The position numbers and the translations under genes were made by a program. From Pseudoalteromonas translucida KMM 520 (lineage in GTDB: Bacteria; Pseudomonadota; Gammaproteobacteria; Enterobacterales; Alteromonadaceae), in contig NZ_CP011034.1 of NCBI RefSeq assembly GCF_001465295.1, positions 840,001-872,000 of the forward strand: a stretch of DNA of 32,000 bases, written 5' to 3'. Under the pieces are notes generated by a model. The model saw only the letters and a list, made by a program, of their open reading frames with translations, was not told the DNA's origin and did no database searches. This document shows, piece after piece, positions 1 through 8,932 of the stretch (positions are counted from its first letter, which is position 1; each line of letters begins with the position of its first letter).

Positions 1-1
1 A

Positions 2-916
2 GTAAACCAACGAACCCAGTTGGTGGGACAAAACCGCTTAGAGCTACTACTATTTAAACTTAGAGGGCGTCAGCGTTTTGGGATTAATGTGTTTAAAGTC
101 AGAGAGGTGCTGCAATGTCCTCCTCTTACTAATATGCCAAAATCAAATGCTTACATTCGTGGTGTTGCCCATATTCGCGGCCAAACTATTTCGGTTATCG
201 ACCTTTCTATGGCTGTGGGTGGGCGTCCAATTGAAAATATTAAAGACAGTTTTATAATTATTGCTGAATATAATCGTACCGTTCAAGGCTTTTTAGTTGG
301 CGGTGTCGAGCGTATTGTAAATATGAACTGGGAAAAAATAATGCCGCCGCCGCCAGGTGCAGGTCGTTATTCTTACTTAACTGCTGTAACTGAAATTGAA
401 AACGAATTAGTTGAAATTTTAGATGTAGAAAAAATATTAAACGAAATTTGTCCCGTTAATACCGAAGTAAGTGCCGATGTTGCGGCTACACAAGGTGACA
501 TTAAAAAAGATTTAGGCGAGCGAATTGTTTTTATTGCCGATGACTCAGCAGTAGCACGAAACCAAGTTAAGCGAGCATTAGAGCCACTAGGCGTTCAAAC
601 AGAGCTTGCCAAAAATGGTAAAGAAGCACTTAAACGATTAAAAGAAATAGCCGAACACGACTGCGTAAACGATATTACAGAACGTGTAGGGTTACTTATT
701 TCCGATGTAGAAATGCCTGAAATGGATGGCTATACATTAACCGCCGAAATAAAAGCCGACCCTAAATTGGCACCATTACATGTTATTTTACATACCTCGT
801 TAAGTGGTGTTTTTAATCAGGCCATGGTTGAAAAAGTAGGTGCAGATGACTTTATTGCAAAATTTAATCCCGACGAACTCGCAACAGCAGTAAGAAAATG
901 GGTTCATTGTGATTAA
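2..916 (+). CDS. cheV: Chemotaxis coupling protein CheV (CheW-like domain + receiver domain), 5' end truncated by the window edge
   Basis: The frame is open back to nt 2 (VNQRTQLVGQNRLELLLF...), matching the conserved CheV N-terminal region, so the TTG at 20 in the ORF track is probably internal. A CheW-like N-terminal half is followed by a REC domain (FIADDS...LLISDVEMPEMDG...HTSLS...KF). Confidence 0.9.
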   Translation, partial: VNQRTQLVGQNRLELLLFKLRGRQRFGINVFKVREVLQCPPLTNMPKSNAYIRGVAHIRGQTISVIDLSMAVGGRPIENIKDSFIIIAEYNRTVQGFLVGGVERIVNMNWEKIMPPPPGAGRYSYLTAVTEIENELVEILDVEKILNEICPVNTEVSADVAATQGDIKKDLGERIVFIADDSAVARNQVKRALEPLGVQTELAKNGKEALKRLKEIAEHDCVNDITERVGLLISDVEMPEMDGYTLTAEIKADPKLAPLHVILHTSLSGVFNQAMVEKVGADDFIAKFNPDELATAVRKWVHCD

Positions 917-936
917 TAAACAGAGGTGTTATTGAT

Positions 937-1766
937 TTGAATAGTAAAGATTTACAGCAAAGTGAATACGATCAATTTCGCTTATTTTTAGAACAACAGT
1001 GCGGTATTGTATTGGGCGAAAACAAACAATACTTGGTTAAAAGCCGTTTAGCACCGTTAATGAAGCGATTTAATGTTGAGTCTTTGTCACAGCTAGTAAA
1101 TAAAACGTTGGGATTGCATGAGCGCCAATTACGCGCCGCAGTGGTTGATGCAATGACCACCAATGAAACCCTATGGTTTAGAGATCAATATCCGTTTGAG
1201 TTATTAAAAACTAAACTGTTTCCAGAGTTTAAAGGGCTTAACAGACCATTAAAAATATGGTCTGCGGCAAGTTCTTCTGGGCAAGAGCCATACTCTATTG
1301 CTATGTCGGTTGCTGAGTTTCAGGCAAGTTCTCCTGGGGTTTTACGCAGGGAGCGCAAATAGTGGCTACCGATATATCAAATACTATGCTGGATATGTGT
1401 AAACACGCAGAGTATGACGCGTTAGCACTAGCAAGAGGGCTCTCGGCCGAACGTCGTAAAAAGTTTTTTAAAGACAGCGGCAATGGCATGGCTCAAGTTA
1501 TCGACCCAATAAAAAAACAGGTTAACTTTAGACATCTTAATTTACTCGACTCATACGCGCTTATGGGCAAGTTTGATATTATATTTTGCCGCAATGTGTT
1601 GATTTACTTTGCACCAGAAGTAAAAGCAAAAATTATTGCGCAATTTTCTCAAGCACTTAATCCTAAAGGTTATTTACTTTTAGGGGCGTCGGAATCTATG
1701 AGCGGTTTAAGTAACGATTTTGATATGGTTAGATGTAACCCTGGTATTATTTATCAAAAGAAATAA
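937..1766 (+). pseudogene. cheR: Chemotaxis methyltransferase CheR, split into two ORFs (937-1362 and 1362-1766) by a 1-nt frameshift at the GGG run 1349-1351
   Basis: ORF1 carries the CheR N-domain and the start of the SAM-MTase fold (MTTNETLWFRD, KIWSAASSSGQEPYSIA). ORF2 continues it (ATDIS...FCRNVLIYF...LLLGASE). The upstream part of the ORF2 frame reads GAQIVATDIS, so one extra G restores ...PGVLRRGAQIVATDIS... TTG start at 937 with AGAGGTG RBS at 922-928. Confidence 0.85.
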
Positions 1767-1816
1767 CTGCAAGTATGGTGAAGTGCGAGCAGTTTGCACA
1801 CTTTAAGCATTATTTT

Positions 1817-1847
1817 AAACGACGCATCTAGCGTCGTTTTTCGTTTT
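1817..1847 (+). terminator. Rho-independent terminator after cheR
   Basis: Stem AAACGACGC / GCGTCGTTT with a 5-nt loop, followed by TTTTCGTTTT. Confidence 0.75.
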
Positions 1848-1957
1848 AGTGATCAGCAAGTAATTAGCTAAGCTTTGTATTACCAAGCACTGTTATTAGT
1901 TATAGCTTCGCACCTCCCCTTATTTAAAGCGCATTGTGCCAATATGTTTAAGCAAAT

Positions 1958-2078
1958 ATATCCACAAAAAGGTTATGAGACGCTGCGCTTTAGAGAAGAA
2001 AAAATAGATAAATTATCTGTTTAAATCACTCCTCATTTACTCCCATTCGCATTCAGTGTGCAAATGTGCTTTAGAGTT
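1958..2078 (+). repeat. Family-2 intergenic repeat, copy A (one degenerate unit)
   Basis: Contains the 24-mer GAGACGCTGCGCTTTAGAGAAGAA (1977-2000), identical to 19276-19299. Downstream GTTTAAATCACTCCTCATTTAC parallels the same segment in copies B and C. Confidence 0.7.
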
Positions 2079-2134
2079 TTTAACTACTGGCATTTTTTAT
2101 AATAACTGTATTGGCTCATATCAATTTACCTATT

Positions 2135-2165
2135 ATCTAAAACTCCTCCTAAAACCTGCACTTTA
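2135..2165 (-). repeat. Degenerate inverted fragment of the family-1 (AGGT-heptad) repeat
   Basis: The reverse complement reads AAAGTGCAGGTTTTAGGAGGAGTTTTAGA. Its first 17 nt match GAAAGTGCAGGTTTTAGGTGTCAG at 22042-22065. Confidence 0.45.
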
Positions 2166-2218
2166 AATAGCTATGTTTAATCAGCTTACTAAGTAACTTT
2201 AAACAAAAATTAGTTAAA

Positions 2219-2234
2219 TGGCTTATTTCTTGCT
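2219..2234 (+). promoter_or_regulatory. Sigma54 (-24/-12) promoter for flgBCDE
   Basis: TGGCTTATTTCTTGCT has the exact GG-N10-GC spacing of the TGGCAC-N5-TTGCW consensus and lies 35 nt upstream of the flgB ATG. Confidence 0.7.
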
Positions 2235-2268
2235 TTGTTCAAGCTAAGTCAATTTTTTGGAGATGGTT

Positions 2269-2676
2269 ATGGCTATCAGTTTTGATAAAGCGCTTGGTGT
2301 GCACCCGCACGCTATGTTGATCCGTTCGCAAAGAGCCGAAATGCTCGCTACCAATATCGCTAATGCTGATACGCCGGGCTATAAAGCAAAAGATATAGAC
2401 TTTGCCTCTGCACTAAAAACGGCAAAGTCACACCAACAAGGCGGCAATAGTATGGTAAGAACCAACAGTAAACACATTGCCGGTGGTAGTAAAGAAGTTG
2501 GTGGTTCAGAAATGTTTCGTAATGCAAATCAACCAGATACAGGTGATGGCAACTCAGTTGATATACAGGTGGAACGAAACTTGTATGCACAGAATGCTAT
2601 GGAGTATCAGGCCAGCTTGCAATTTTTAAGCGGCAGATTTAAAGGTCTGAAAAAAGCACTCGGTAGCCAAGGATAA
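2269..2676 (+). CDS. flgB: Flagellar basal-body rod protein FlgB
   Basis: The protein begins MAISFDKALG..., the typical FlgB N-terminus. GGAG RBS at 2259-2262, 6 nt before ATG 2269 (the ORF-track TTG start at 2257 is probably too early). The ANIANADTPGYKA rod motif is present. Confidence 0.93.
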   Translation: MAISFDKALGVHPHAMLIRSQRAEMLATNIANADTPGYKAKDIDFASALKTAKSHQQGGNSMVRTNSKHIAGGSKEVGGSEMFRNANQPDTGDGNSVDIQVERNLYAQNAMEYQASLQFLSGRFKGLKKALGSQG

Positions 2677-2681
2677 TAATT

Positions 2682-3113
2682 ATGAGTTTATATAATGTTT
2701 TTGATATTGCTGGTTCTGGTATGAGCGCACAAAATGTGCGTTTAAACACCACCGCAAGTAATATTTCGAATGCGAATACTATTAGTTCTTCTCAGGATAA
2801 AACTTACCGAGCGCGACAACCTGTATTTGCTGCTGAGCTTACTAAAGCTTCAGCATCAGCAAGTAATCCACAGGGCTCCGCTGTTGGCGTTAAAGTATTG
2901 GGTATTGTTGAAAGCAACAAGCCATTACAAATTGAATATAACCCAAACCATCCAAGTGCGGATGAAAATGGCTATATCTATAAACCCAACGTTAATGTTG
3001 TTGAGGAGATGGCAAACATGATTTCTGCCTCTCGTTCGTATCAAACAAATGTGCAAGTTGCCGATGCAGCAAAGCAAATGTTAAGTAAAACACTGCTGTT
3101 AGGCCAGCGGTAA
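2682..3113 (+). CDS. flgC: Flagellar basal-body rod protein FlgC
   Basis: N-terminal SGMSAQNVRLNTTASNISNANT and C-terminal EEMANMISASRSYQTNV are the FlgC/rod-family signatures. Position after flgB fits. Confidence 0.95.
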   Translation: MSLYNVFDIAGSGMSAQNVRLNTTASNISNANTISSSQDKTYRARQPVFAAELTKASASASNPQGSAVGVKVLGIVESNKPLQIEYNPNHPSADENGYIYKPNVNVVEEMANMISASRSYQTNVQVADAAKQMLSKTLLLGQR

Positions 3114-3126
3114 CAGAGGGTAGGTT

Positions 3127-3804
3127 ATGAGCAACGATATTAGTACATCTTCATCCTATTTAGACTCTTTACGGTGGCAAGATAAGCAAGCAGCCAGTAA
3201 AGAAAAAAGTGATGCGTTAACCCAAGAAGATTTTTTCTCATTACTAACGCAGCAACTGTCGTTTCAAGATCCGAGTAAACCGGCTGATAACGATCAGATG
3301 ATTGCGCAAATGACTAACTTTACTATGGCAGAGGGTATTTCAAATTTAAATTCTAACTTTGAATCTTTAGCTGCATCAATGACATCAAACTCAGCACTAC
3401 AAGCTTCTACATTAGTAGGCAAGCAGGCGCTTTTAGAGTCTGACACGCTAGACTTAAATGCAGCCGGTGATGCACGAGGCTCAGTTGTTGCCGAAAAGCC
3501 AGTTGAAAGCTTAAAGCTACGAATTGAAGACGAGTCTGGGCAGTTAGTTAGAACCATAGATTTAGGCTCGCAACCAGCTGGTGCAGTGCGTTTTGCATGG
3601 GATGGTAAAAATGAAGCGGGTGAGCGCCTACCTCCTGGCGAATATAAAATTAAAGCTGAGGGGAGTACTAATGGTGAGTTTTCGAGCCTGCCAATTGCTA
3701 CCTTTAAAAATATTGAGAGTGTTAATATTAATGGTGCAAATGGCATCATTATTAACACTAAAGAAGGTGCGGTTAGGCTGACTGATGTTGCAGAAATCGC
3801 GTAA
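3127..3804 (+). CDS. flgD: Hook capping/assembly protein FlgD
   Basis: FLSLLTQQLSFQDPSKPADNDQMIAQMTNFT is the conserved FlgD N-domain. The C-terminal part has the FlgD Ig-like region (FAWDGKNEAGERLPPGEYK). Synteny also fits. Confidence 0.95.
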   Translation: MSNDISTSSSYLDSLRWQDKQAASKEKSDALTQEDFFSLLTQQLSFQDPSKPADNDQMIAQMTNFTMAEGISNLNSNFESLAASMTSNSALQASTLVGKQALLESDTLDLNAAGDARGSVVAEKPVESLKLRIEDESGQLVRTIDLGSQPAGAVRFAWDGKNEAGERLPPGEYKIKAEGSTNGEFSSLPIATFKNIESVNINGANGIIINTKEGAVRLTDVAEIA

Positions 3805-3853
3805 AAGATTCATTAGCCAGCGGGCTAAAAATTAAATAGTTTAGAGGTCAATT

Positions 3854-5218
3854 ATGAGCTTCAATATTGCATTATCCGGCCTTGCTGCCGCACAAAAAGA
3901 TTTAAACGTTACGGCAAATAATATAGCCAACGTAAATACTACGGGTTTTAAAGAGTCGCGCGCAGAATTTGCTGACGTGTATGCATCGTCGGTATTTAGT
4001 TCTGGTAAAACAAAAAATGGTGACGGCGTGCAAACGACTATGGTTGCACAACAATTTCACCAAGGATCATTACAGTTTACCAATAACTCGTTAGATTTAG
4101 CGATTACCGGTGAAGGTTACTTTGCAACTAGCCAAGACCTAGGCGCGCAAGATTTTACCTACACACGTGCCGGCGCATTTAAGTTAAACAAAGACAACTT
4201 TGTGGTAGATGCAAATGGCAGCTTTTTACAAGGTTTTCCGGTTGACCCTTCAACAGGTGATACTACATCAGTGAGTTTAAGTACTTCATCGGCTTTACAA
4301 ATACCTGACTCGTCAGGATCGCCGCGTGCTACTTCAAGCGTGTATAGCTCGTTTAATTTAGACTCACGATCAATTGCACCTACAATTGCGTTTAACCCTA
4401 CCGAAAGTGCAACTTATAATTCATCAACCTCAACAACCGTGTATGACTCACTCGGTGAGCCACATGTATTGCAGCTGTTTTTTGTAAAAAGCGACCCTGC
4501 AGTACCCGGTAATGAAAATCAATGGAACGTACACTCAACACTTGATGGTAAATCTTTTGGTGCCAATGGTGTTGAACAAACAGTAGCTCCGTACACTCCT
4601 ATGACTACTTTTCAGTTTGACTCAAGTGGTTTACCACAAAGTACAGACAGTGCACCAAACTTAAGTAACACTTTTAATCCATTGTCTATAACTGCTGGAG
4701 GCGGTGGCACAGCGGGGCTTTCTGATTTATTAACTAATGGTGCTACCTTTCCTGCAGATATAGAAGTTAACTGGCGTGATGAAACTGGTACAGCTAATAA
4801 AATACCTACTCAATATGCAAGTCGCTTTGAAGTAAAAGCACTTGAGCAAGACGGTGCAACGGTTGGCCGTTTAGCGGGTATTGATATTGGTGCCGATGGT
4901 AAAGTTGTGGCTTCGTACAGTAATGGCGACTCAACGTTTTTAGGCCAGGTGGCTATGGTACGTTTTTCAAACTCACAAGGTTTACAACAAGTGGGCAGCA
5001 CAGGTTGGAAAGCCAGTATAGCGTCAGGCGAGCCTATTGCTGGTGAACCTGGCTCTGGCACGTTAGGTAATATCAACTCATCAGCGCTTGAGCAATCAAA
5101 CGTAAACTTAACTAACGAACTAGTTGATTTAATTAGCGCACAGCGTAATTTCCAAGCAAACTCGCGAGCGCTGGAAGTTAACTCAACAATTCAGCAAAGT
5201 ATTCTACAAATTAGATAA
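3854..5218 (+). CDS. flgE: Flagellar hook protein FlgE
   Basis: N-terminal SGLAAAQKDLNVTANNIANVNTTGFK and C-terminal LEQSNVNLTNELVDLISAQRNFQANSRAL are flg-rod/hook terminal motifs. Size is 454 aa and synteny fits. Confidence 0.95.
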   Translation: MSFNIALSGLAAAQKDLNVTANNIANVNTTGFKESRAEFADVYASSVFSSGKTKNGDGVQTTMVAQQFHQGSLQFTNNSLDLAITGEGYFATSQDLGAQDFTYTRAGAFKLNKDNFVVDANGSFLQGFPVDPSTGDTTSVSLSTSSALQIPDSSGSPRATSSVYSSFNLDSRSIAPTIAFNPTESATYNSSTSTTVYDSLGEPHVLQLFFVKSDPAVPGNENQWNVHSTLDGKSFGANGVEQTVAPYTPMTTFQFDSSGLPQSTDSAPNLSNTFNPLSITAGGGGTAGLSDLLTNGATFPADIEVNWRDETGTANKIPTQYASRFEVKALEQDGATVGRLAGIDIGADGKVVASYSNGDSTFLGQVAMVRFSNSQGLQQVGSTGWKASIASGEPIAGEPGSGTLGNINSSALEQSNVNLTNELVDLISAQRNFQANSRALEVNSTIQQSILQIR

Positions 5219-5243
5219 GCACAATTTATTAATTTGAATATTC

Positions 5244-5270
5244 AAGGCTGCTTAATTGCAGCCTTTTTAT
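5244..5270 (+). terminator. Rho-independent terminator after flgE
   Basis: Stem AAGGCTGC / GCAGCCTT with a 6-nt loop, followed by TTTTATTTT. Confidence 0.75.
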
Positions 5271-5392
5271 TTTGGGCAACTAGCTTGCCGCCGCACACTA
5301 AGTACGAAAAAGCATATTTCCCTTCTTTTTATTGTTTTCTTATGCGTATTTACACTCCTTCAAAATAACAGTTTTTAGTATTAAATTTAATC

Positions 5393-5408
5393 TGGCGCAT
5401 ATATTGCA
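5393..5408 (+). promoter_or_regulatory. Sigma54 promoter for flgFGHI
   Basis: TGGCGCATATATTGCA is a near-perfect TGGCAC-N5-TTGCA, 37 nt upstream of the flgF ATG. Confidence 0.8.
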
Positions 5409-5444
5409 TTTGTTCTTACAGAGATTTTTAAGTGAGTCGATGTT

Positions 5445-6188
5445 ATGGATAAAATGGTCTACATTGCCGCGTCTGGCGCTAAGCAAAGCTTAATGGGGCT
5501 TGCCCTTAAAGCCAATAATTTGGCGAACGCAAATACCACAGGTTTTAAAGCCGACTTTGCCCAAGCTCGATCTATGCAAGCGTTTGGTGAAGGTTTGCCA
5601 TCGCGGGTGTTTTCTATGGAAGAGCGCCCAGGTTCAAACATGACATCGGGTGGCATACAGCAAACCGGTCGCGAGCTCGACATTGCCATGAGCGATAACG
5701 CCTGGCTGAGTGTACAAGACGCCTCCGGCAACGAAGCTTATACAAAAGTAGGTACGCTTAACATTACCGCCGAAGGCATGTTAGTCACCAGCGGTGGTCG
5801 TCAAGTAATTGGCGAAGGCGGCCCTATTATTTTGCCAGTTCCGATTGAAAAAATAGAATTTAGTAAAGACGGTGCCATACAAGTACGCCCACAGGGCGCG
5901 CCGGCTAACTTTTTAGAAGAGGTTGATCGTTTAAAAGTGGTTGAGGCAAATAACTCAACACTTGAAAAAGGTAACGATGGTTTATTTAGACCAAAACCAA
6001 ATCAAACGGTTGAAACCTCAGCTAACGTACAAGTGATAAGCGGCGCATTAGAAATGTCGAACGTTAATCCGGTACACGAAATGGTCGATATGATCAGCCA
6101 TCAACGCCAATTTGAATTACAAGTAAAGCTAATGAAAACAGCAGAAGAAATAGATCAATCGCAAGATCAGCTGTTGCGCATAGTTTAA
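5445..6188 (+). CDS. flgF: Flagellar proximal rod protein FlgF
   Basis: Rod-family N-terminus (NNLANANTTGFKADF) and C-terminus (LEMSNVNPVHEMVDMISHQRQFE). 247 aa, located upstream of flgG. Confidence 0.93.
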   Translation: MDKMVYIAASGAKQSLMGLALKANNLANANTTGFKADFAQARSMQAFGEGLPSRVFSMEERPGSNMTSGGIQQTGRELDIAMSDNAWLSVQDASGNEAYTKVGTLNITAEGMLVTSGGRQVIGEGGPIILPVPIEKIEFSKDGAIQVRPQGAPANFLEEVDRLKVVEANNSTLEKGNDGLFRPKPNQTVETSANVQVISGALEMSNVNPVHEMVDMISHQRQFELQVKLMKTAEEIDQSQDQLLRIV

Positions 6189-6209
6189 CTTTAAAATGAG
6201 GACACGATT

Positions 6210-6998
6210 ATGAATCCAGCATTGTGGATCAGTAAAACCGGGCTTGACGCCCAACAAACCGACATTTCGGTTATTTCTAATAACTTAGCCAACGCCAGTA
6301 CGGTTGGTTATAAAAAAAGCCGCGCCGTTTTTGAAGATTTACTTTACCAAAACATTAATCAACCAGGCGGTCGCTCATCGCAAGATACCGAAATGCCATC
6401 AGGTTTAATGCTAGGTGCTGGTGCCAAAGTAGTAGCTAACCAAAAAAACTTTTCGCAAGGTAATATGTTAACCACTGAAAATTCACTGGATTGGATGATT
6501 TCTGGTTCAGGCTTTTTTGAAGTACTGCAGCCAGATGGCAATATTGCTTATTCGCGCAACGGACAATTTACTACCGATGGCGACGGGCGAGTTGTAACCT
6601 CGGGTGCTGGTTATGTAGTTCAACCAGAAATGAACGTACCCGACGACGCGCAATCAATCACCGTATCGCAAGACGGTGAAGTGTCTGTACGCGTTGCAGG
6701 GCAGGCCGATAACGTGGTTATTGGGCAAATTACCATTAGTGACTTTATTAATCCGTCGGGCCTTGAGCCTATAGGGCAAAATCTTTACACCGAAACCGCA
6801 GTAAGTGGTGCGCCAGTGCAGGGTAACCCTGGGGTTGATGGGCTAGGCACTATTATTCAAGGCTCACTAGAAACGTCAAACGTAAACGTAACCGAAGAGT
6901 TGGTAAACCTAATAGAAACCCAACGTGTTTACGAAATGAACTCAAAAGTAATTTCGGCAGTTGATGAAATGATGAGCTACATCAATCAGCAATTATAA
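6210..6998 (+). CDS. flgG: Flagellar distal rod protein FlgG
   Basis: Highly conserved FlgG sequence (MNPALWISKTGLDAQQTDISVISNNLANASTVGYKK...LETSNVNVTEELVNLIETQRVYEMNSK). 262 aa. Confidence 0.97.
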   Translation: MNPALWISKTGLDAQQTDISVISNNLANASTVGYKKSRAVFEDLLYQNINQPGGRSSQDTEMPSGLMLGAGAKVVANQKNFSQGNMLTTENSLDWMISGSGFFEVLQPDGNIAYSRNGQFTTDGDGRVVTSGAGYVVQPEMNVPDDAQSITVSQDGEVSVRVAGQADNVVIGQITISDFINPSGLEPIGQNLYTETAVSGAPVQGNPGVDGLGTIIQGSLETSNVNVTEELVNLIETQRVYEMNSKVISAVDEMMSYINQQL

Positions 6999-7014
6999 TA
7001 TTTTAGAGGTTATT

Positions 7015-7698
7015 ATGCGCAATATTATATTATTTGCAGCGGGTACTTTATTGTTAAGTGGCTGTGTTTCTACACAAAATAGTGATGTAGTACAAGACGA
7101 CCCTTACTATTCGCCCATGTACCCAGAACCCAATGTTGAACCGGCAGTTGCTAATGGCTCACTGTTTAATACGTATTTATCGAACGACTTATACGCCGAT
7201 AAAAAAGCACTGCGTACTGGCGATATAATCACAGTTAAATTGCAAGAATCTACGCAAGCCTCTAAAGCGGCAAAAACAGAAACTGATAAACAGTCAGACG
7301 CAAAACTCGACCCCGTTATTGGTTTAGGCGGATTACCGGTAAATATTGGCGGCGACAGCATTCAATTTGGTATTGGCAGCGACGCGTCATTTAAAGGCGA
7401 CTCAAAATCAAATCAGTCAAATAGTTTAGCCGGTGATATATCGGTAAACGTAATGCGTGTTTTACCTAATGGTAATTTAGTTATTCGCGGCGAAAAATGG
7501 CTAACGTTAAACTCGGGCGAAGAATTTATTCGTTTAGAGGGATTAGTAAGGCCAGAAGATGTAACTGCAGATAATACCGTGCAGTCAAATAGAATTGCTA
7601 ATGCACGAATTCAATATTCGGGCAAAGGGCAAACTCAAGAAGCACAAAGTGCCGGTTGGCTAACACGCTTTTTTAGTAGCTCACTTTTTCCTTTTTAG
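7015..7698 (+). CDS. flgH: Flagellar L-ring lipoprotein FlgH
   Basis: Lipoprotein signal with lipobox LLLSGC. Conserved FlgH core (GDIITVKLQE...NLVIRGEKWLTLNSGEEFIRLEGLVRPEDV). Confidence 0.96.
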   Translation: MRNIILFAAGTLLLSGCVSTQNSDVVQDDPYYSPMYPEPNVEPAVANGSLFNTYLSNDLYADKKALRTGDIITVKLQESTQASKAAKTETDKQSDAKLDPVIGLGGLPVNIGGDSIQFGIGSDASFKGDSKSNQSNSLAGDISVNVMRVLPNGNLVIRGEKWLTLNSGEEFIRLEGLVRPEDVTADNTVQSNRIANARIQYSGKGQTQEAQSAGWLTRFFSSSLFPF

Positions 7699-7710
7699 AG
7701 GACATTCATT

Positions 7711-8805
7711 ATGAATGTATTTAAAGTTTTTTATTTAATGGTGTTACTTGGCTGGCAACTTCCTGCCATGGCCGAGCGCATTAAAGATGTGTCTATGGTT
7801 GAGGGTGTACGCTCAAACCAATTAGTAGGCTATGGCCTAGTTGTTGGCTTACCTGGTACGGGCGAGCAAAGCCGATTTACCGAGCAAAGCTTTAAAGGCA
7901 TGTTAAACAGCTTTGGCATTACGTTACCAGCAAGCTTAAAACCAAAAATTAAAAACGTGGCTGCGGTTGCAGTGCATGCTGAACTGCCGCCTTTTAGAAA
8001 GCCCGGGCAAACTATTGATATTACCGTATCGTCTATTGGTAGTGCAGGTAGTTTACGTGGTGGTACTTTATTGCAAACCTTTTTAAAGGGGGTCGACGGC
8101 AACGTATATGCTATTGGCCAAGGTAGTTTAATTGTAGGTGGTTTAGGCGCTGAAGGGCTTGATGGCAGTAAAGTTGTTATAAACACGCCAACAGTGGGGC
8201 GCATTCCAAATGGCGCAACCGTTGAGCGCGCAGTTAAAAGCCCATTTATGCAAAACGACTATATTACTTTTAACTTAAATCGCCCAGACTTTACTACCGC
8301 TAAGCGATTAGAAAAAACCATAAACGATTTAGTTGGCCCAAATAGCGCCCAAGCACTCGATGCTGCGTCTATTAGAGTGATTGCCCCAAGAGACGCCTCG
8401 CAGCGCGTGTCTTACTTATCAACGCTCGAAAACCTAGAATTTACCCCGGCAGATACAGCAGCAAAAATTATTGTTAACTCGCGCACTGGTACTATTGTTA
8501 TTGGTAAAAATGTAAAGCTGCAACCAGCTGCTATTACTCACGGTGGCTTAACAGTAACGATTGCCGAGCAATTAAATGTATCGCAACCAAATGCTTTTAG
8601 TGATGGCGATACCGTTGTTACTCAGCAAAGTATTATAGATATAAAACAAGACGACTCACGGGCATTTGTATTTAACCCAGGAGTGAGCTTAGATGACCTA
8701 GTACGTGCTATAAACGAAGTAGGCGCCGCACCTGGCGATTTAATGGCAATACTAGAAGCCCTAAAAGAAGCCGGCGCAATAAACGGCCAGCTAGTCGTAA
8801 TTTAA
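7711..8805 (+). CDS. flgI: Flagellar P-ring protein FlgI
   Basis: Signal peptide ending in AMA, followed by [31 protein letters not shown], the hallmark FlgI N-terminus. C-terminal [21 protein letters not shown]. Confidence 0.97.
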   Translation: MNVFKVFYLMVLLGWQLPAMAERIKDVSMVEGVRSNQLVGYGLVVGLPGTGEQSRFTEQSFKGMLNSFGITLPASLKPKIKNVAAVAVHAELPPFRKPGQTIDITVSSIGSAGSLRGGTLLQTFLKGVDGNVYAIGQGSLIVGGLGAEGLDGSKVVINTPTVGRIPNGATVERAVKSPFMQNDYITFNLNRPDFTTAKRLEKTINDLVGPNSAQALDAASIRVIAPRDASQRVSYLSTLENLEFTPADTAAKIIVNSRTGTIVIGKNVKLQPAAITHGGLTVTIAEQLNVSQPNAFSDGDTVVTQQSIIDIKQDDSRAFVFNPGVSLDDLVRAINEVGAAPGDLMAILEALKEAGAINGQLVVI

Positions 8806-8819
8806 AACAACGTAATGCT

Positions 8820-8852
8820 ATCGGTGGTCAGTTTTAAAAGCTGACAACCGAT
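8820..8852 (+). other. Long stem-loop between flgI and flgJ (no U-tract)
   Basis: ATCGGTGGTCAG(TTTT...AAAAG)CTGACAACCGAT forms a 12-bp stem with one mismatch and can extend into the TTTT/AAAA segment. It is followed by GGCATATAG rather than a T-run, so it is not a canonical intrinsic terminator. Confidence 0.5.
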
Positions 8853-8878
8853 GGCATATAGCTCCACACTTTCCCCTC

Positions 8879-8894
8879 TGGCTCAATTTTTGCA
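8879..8894 (+). promoter_or_regulatory. Sigma54 promoter for flgJKL
   Basis: TGGCTCAATTTTTGCA has correct GG-N10-GC spacing and lies 39 nt upstream of the flgJ ATG. Confidence 0.7.
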
Positions 8895-8932
8895 TTGCTT
8901 TATACATTATTCATTATTGTGTCAAAAAGCTG

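Noticed and set aside
20-22. TTG at nt 20 as the cheV start codon (ORF-track call).
   Set aside because: The frame stays open to the window edge and the upstream residues (VNQRTQ) continue the conserved CheV N-terminus. The gene is truncated by the window, not started here.
1345-1362. Programmed -1 ribosomal frameshift in cheR.
   Set aside because: There is no X XXY YYZ slippery heptamer at the junction (C AGG GAG) and no obvious downstream stimulatory structure. A simple indel or sequencing error in the G-run is more parsimonious, though recoding cannot be excluded from sequence alone.
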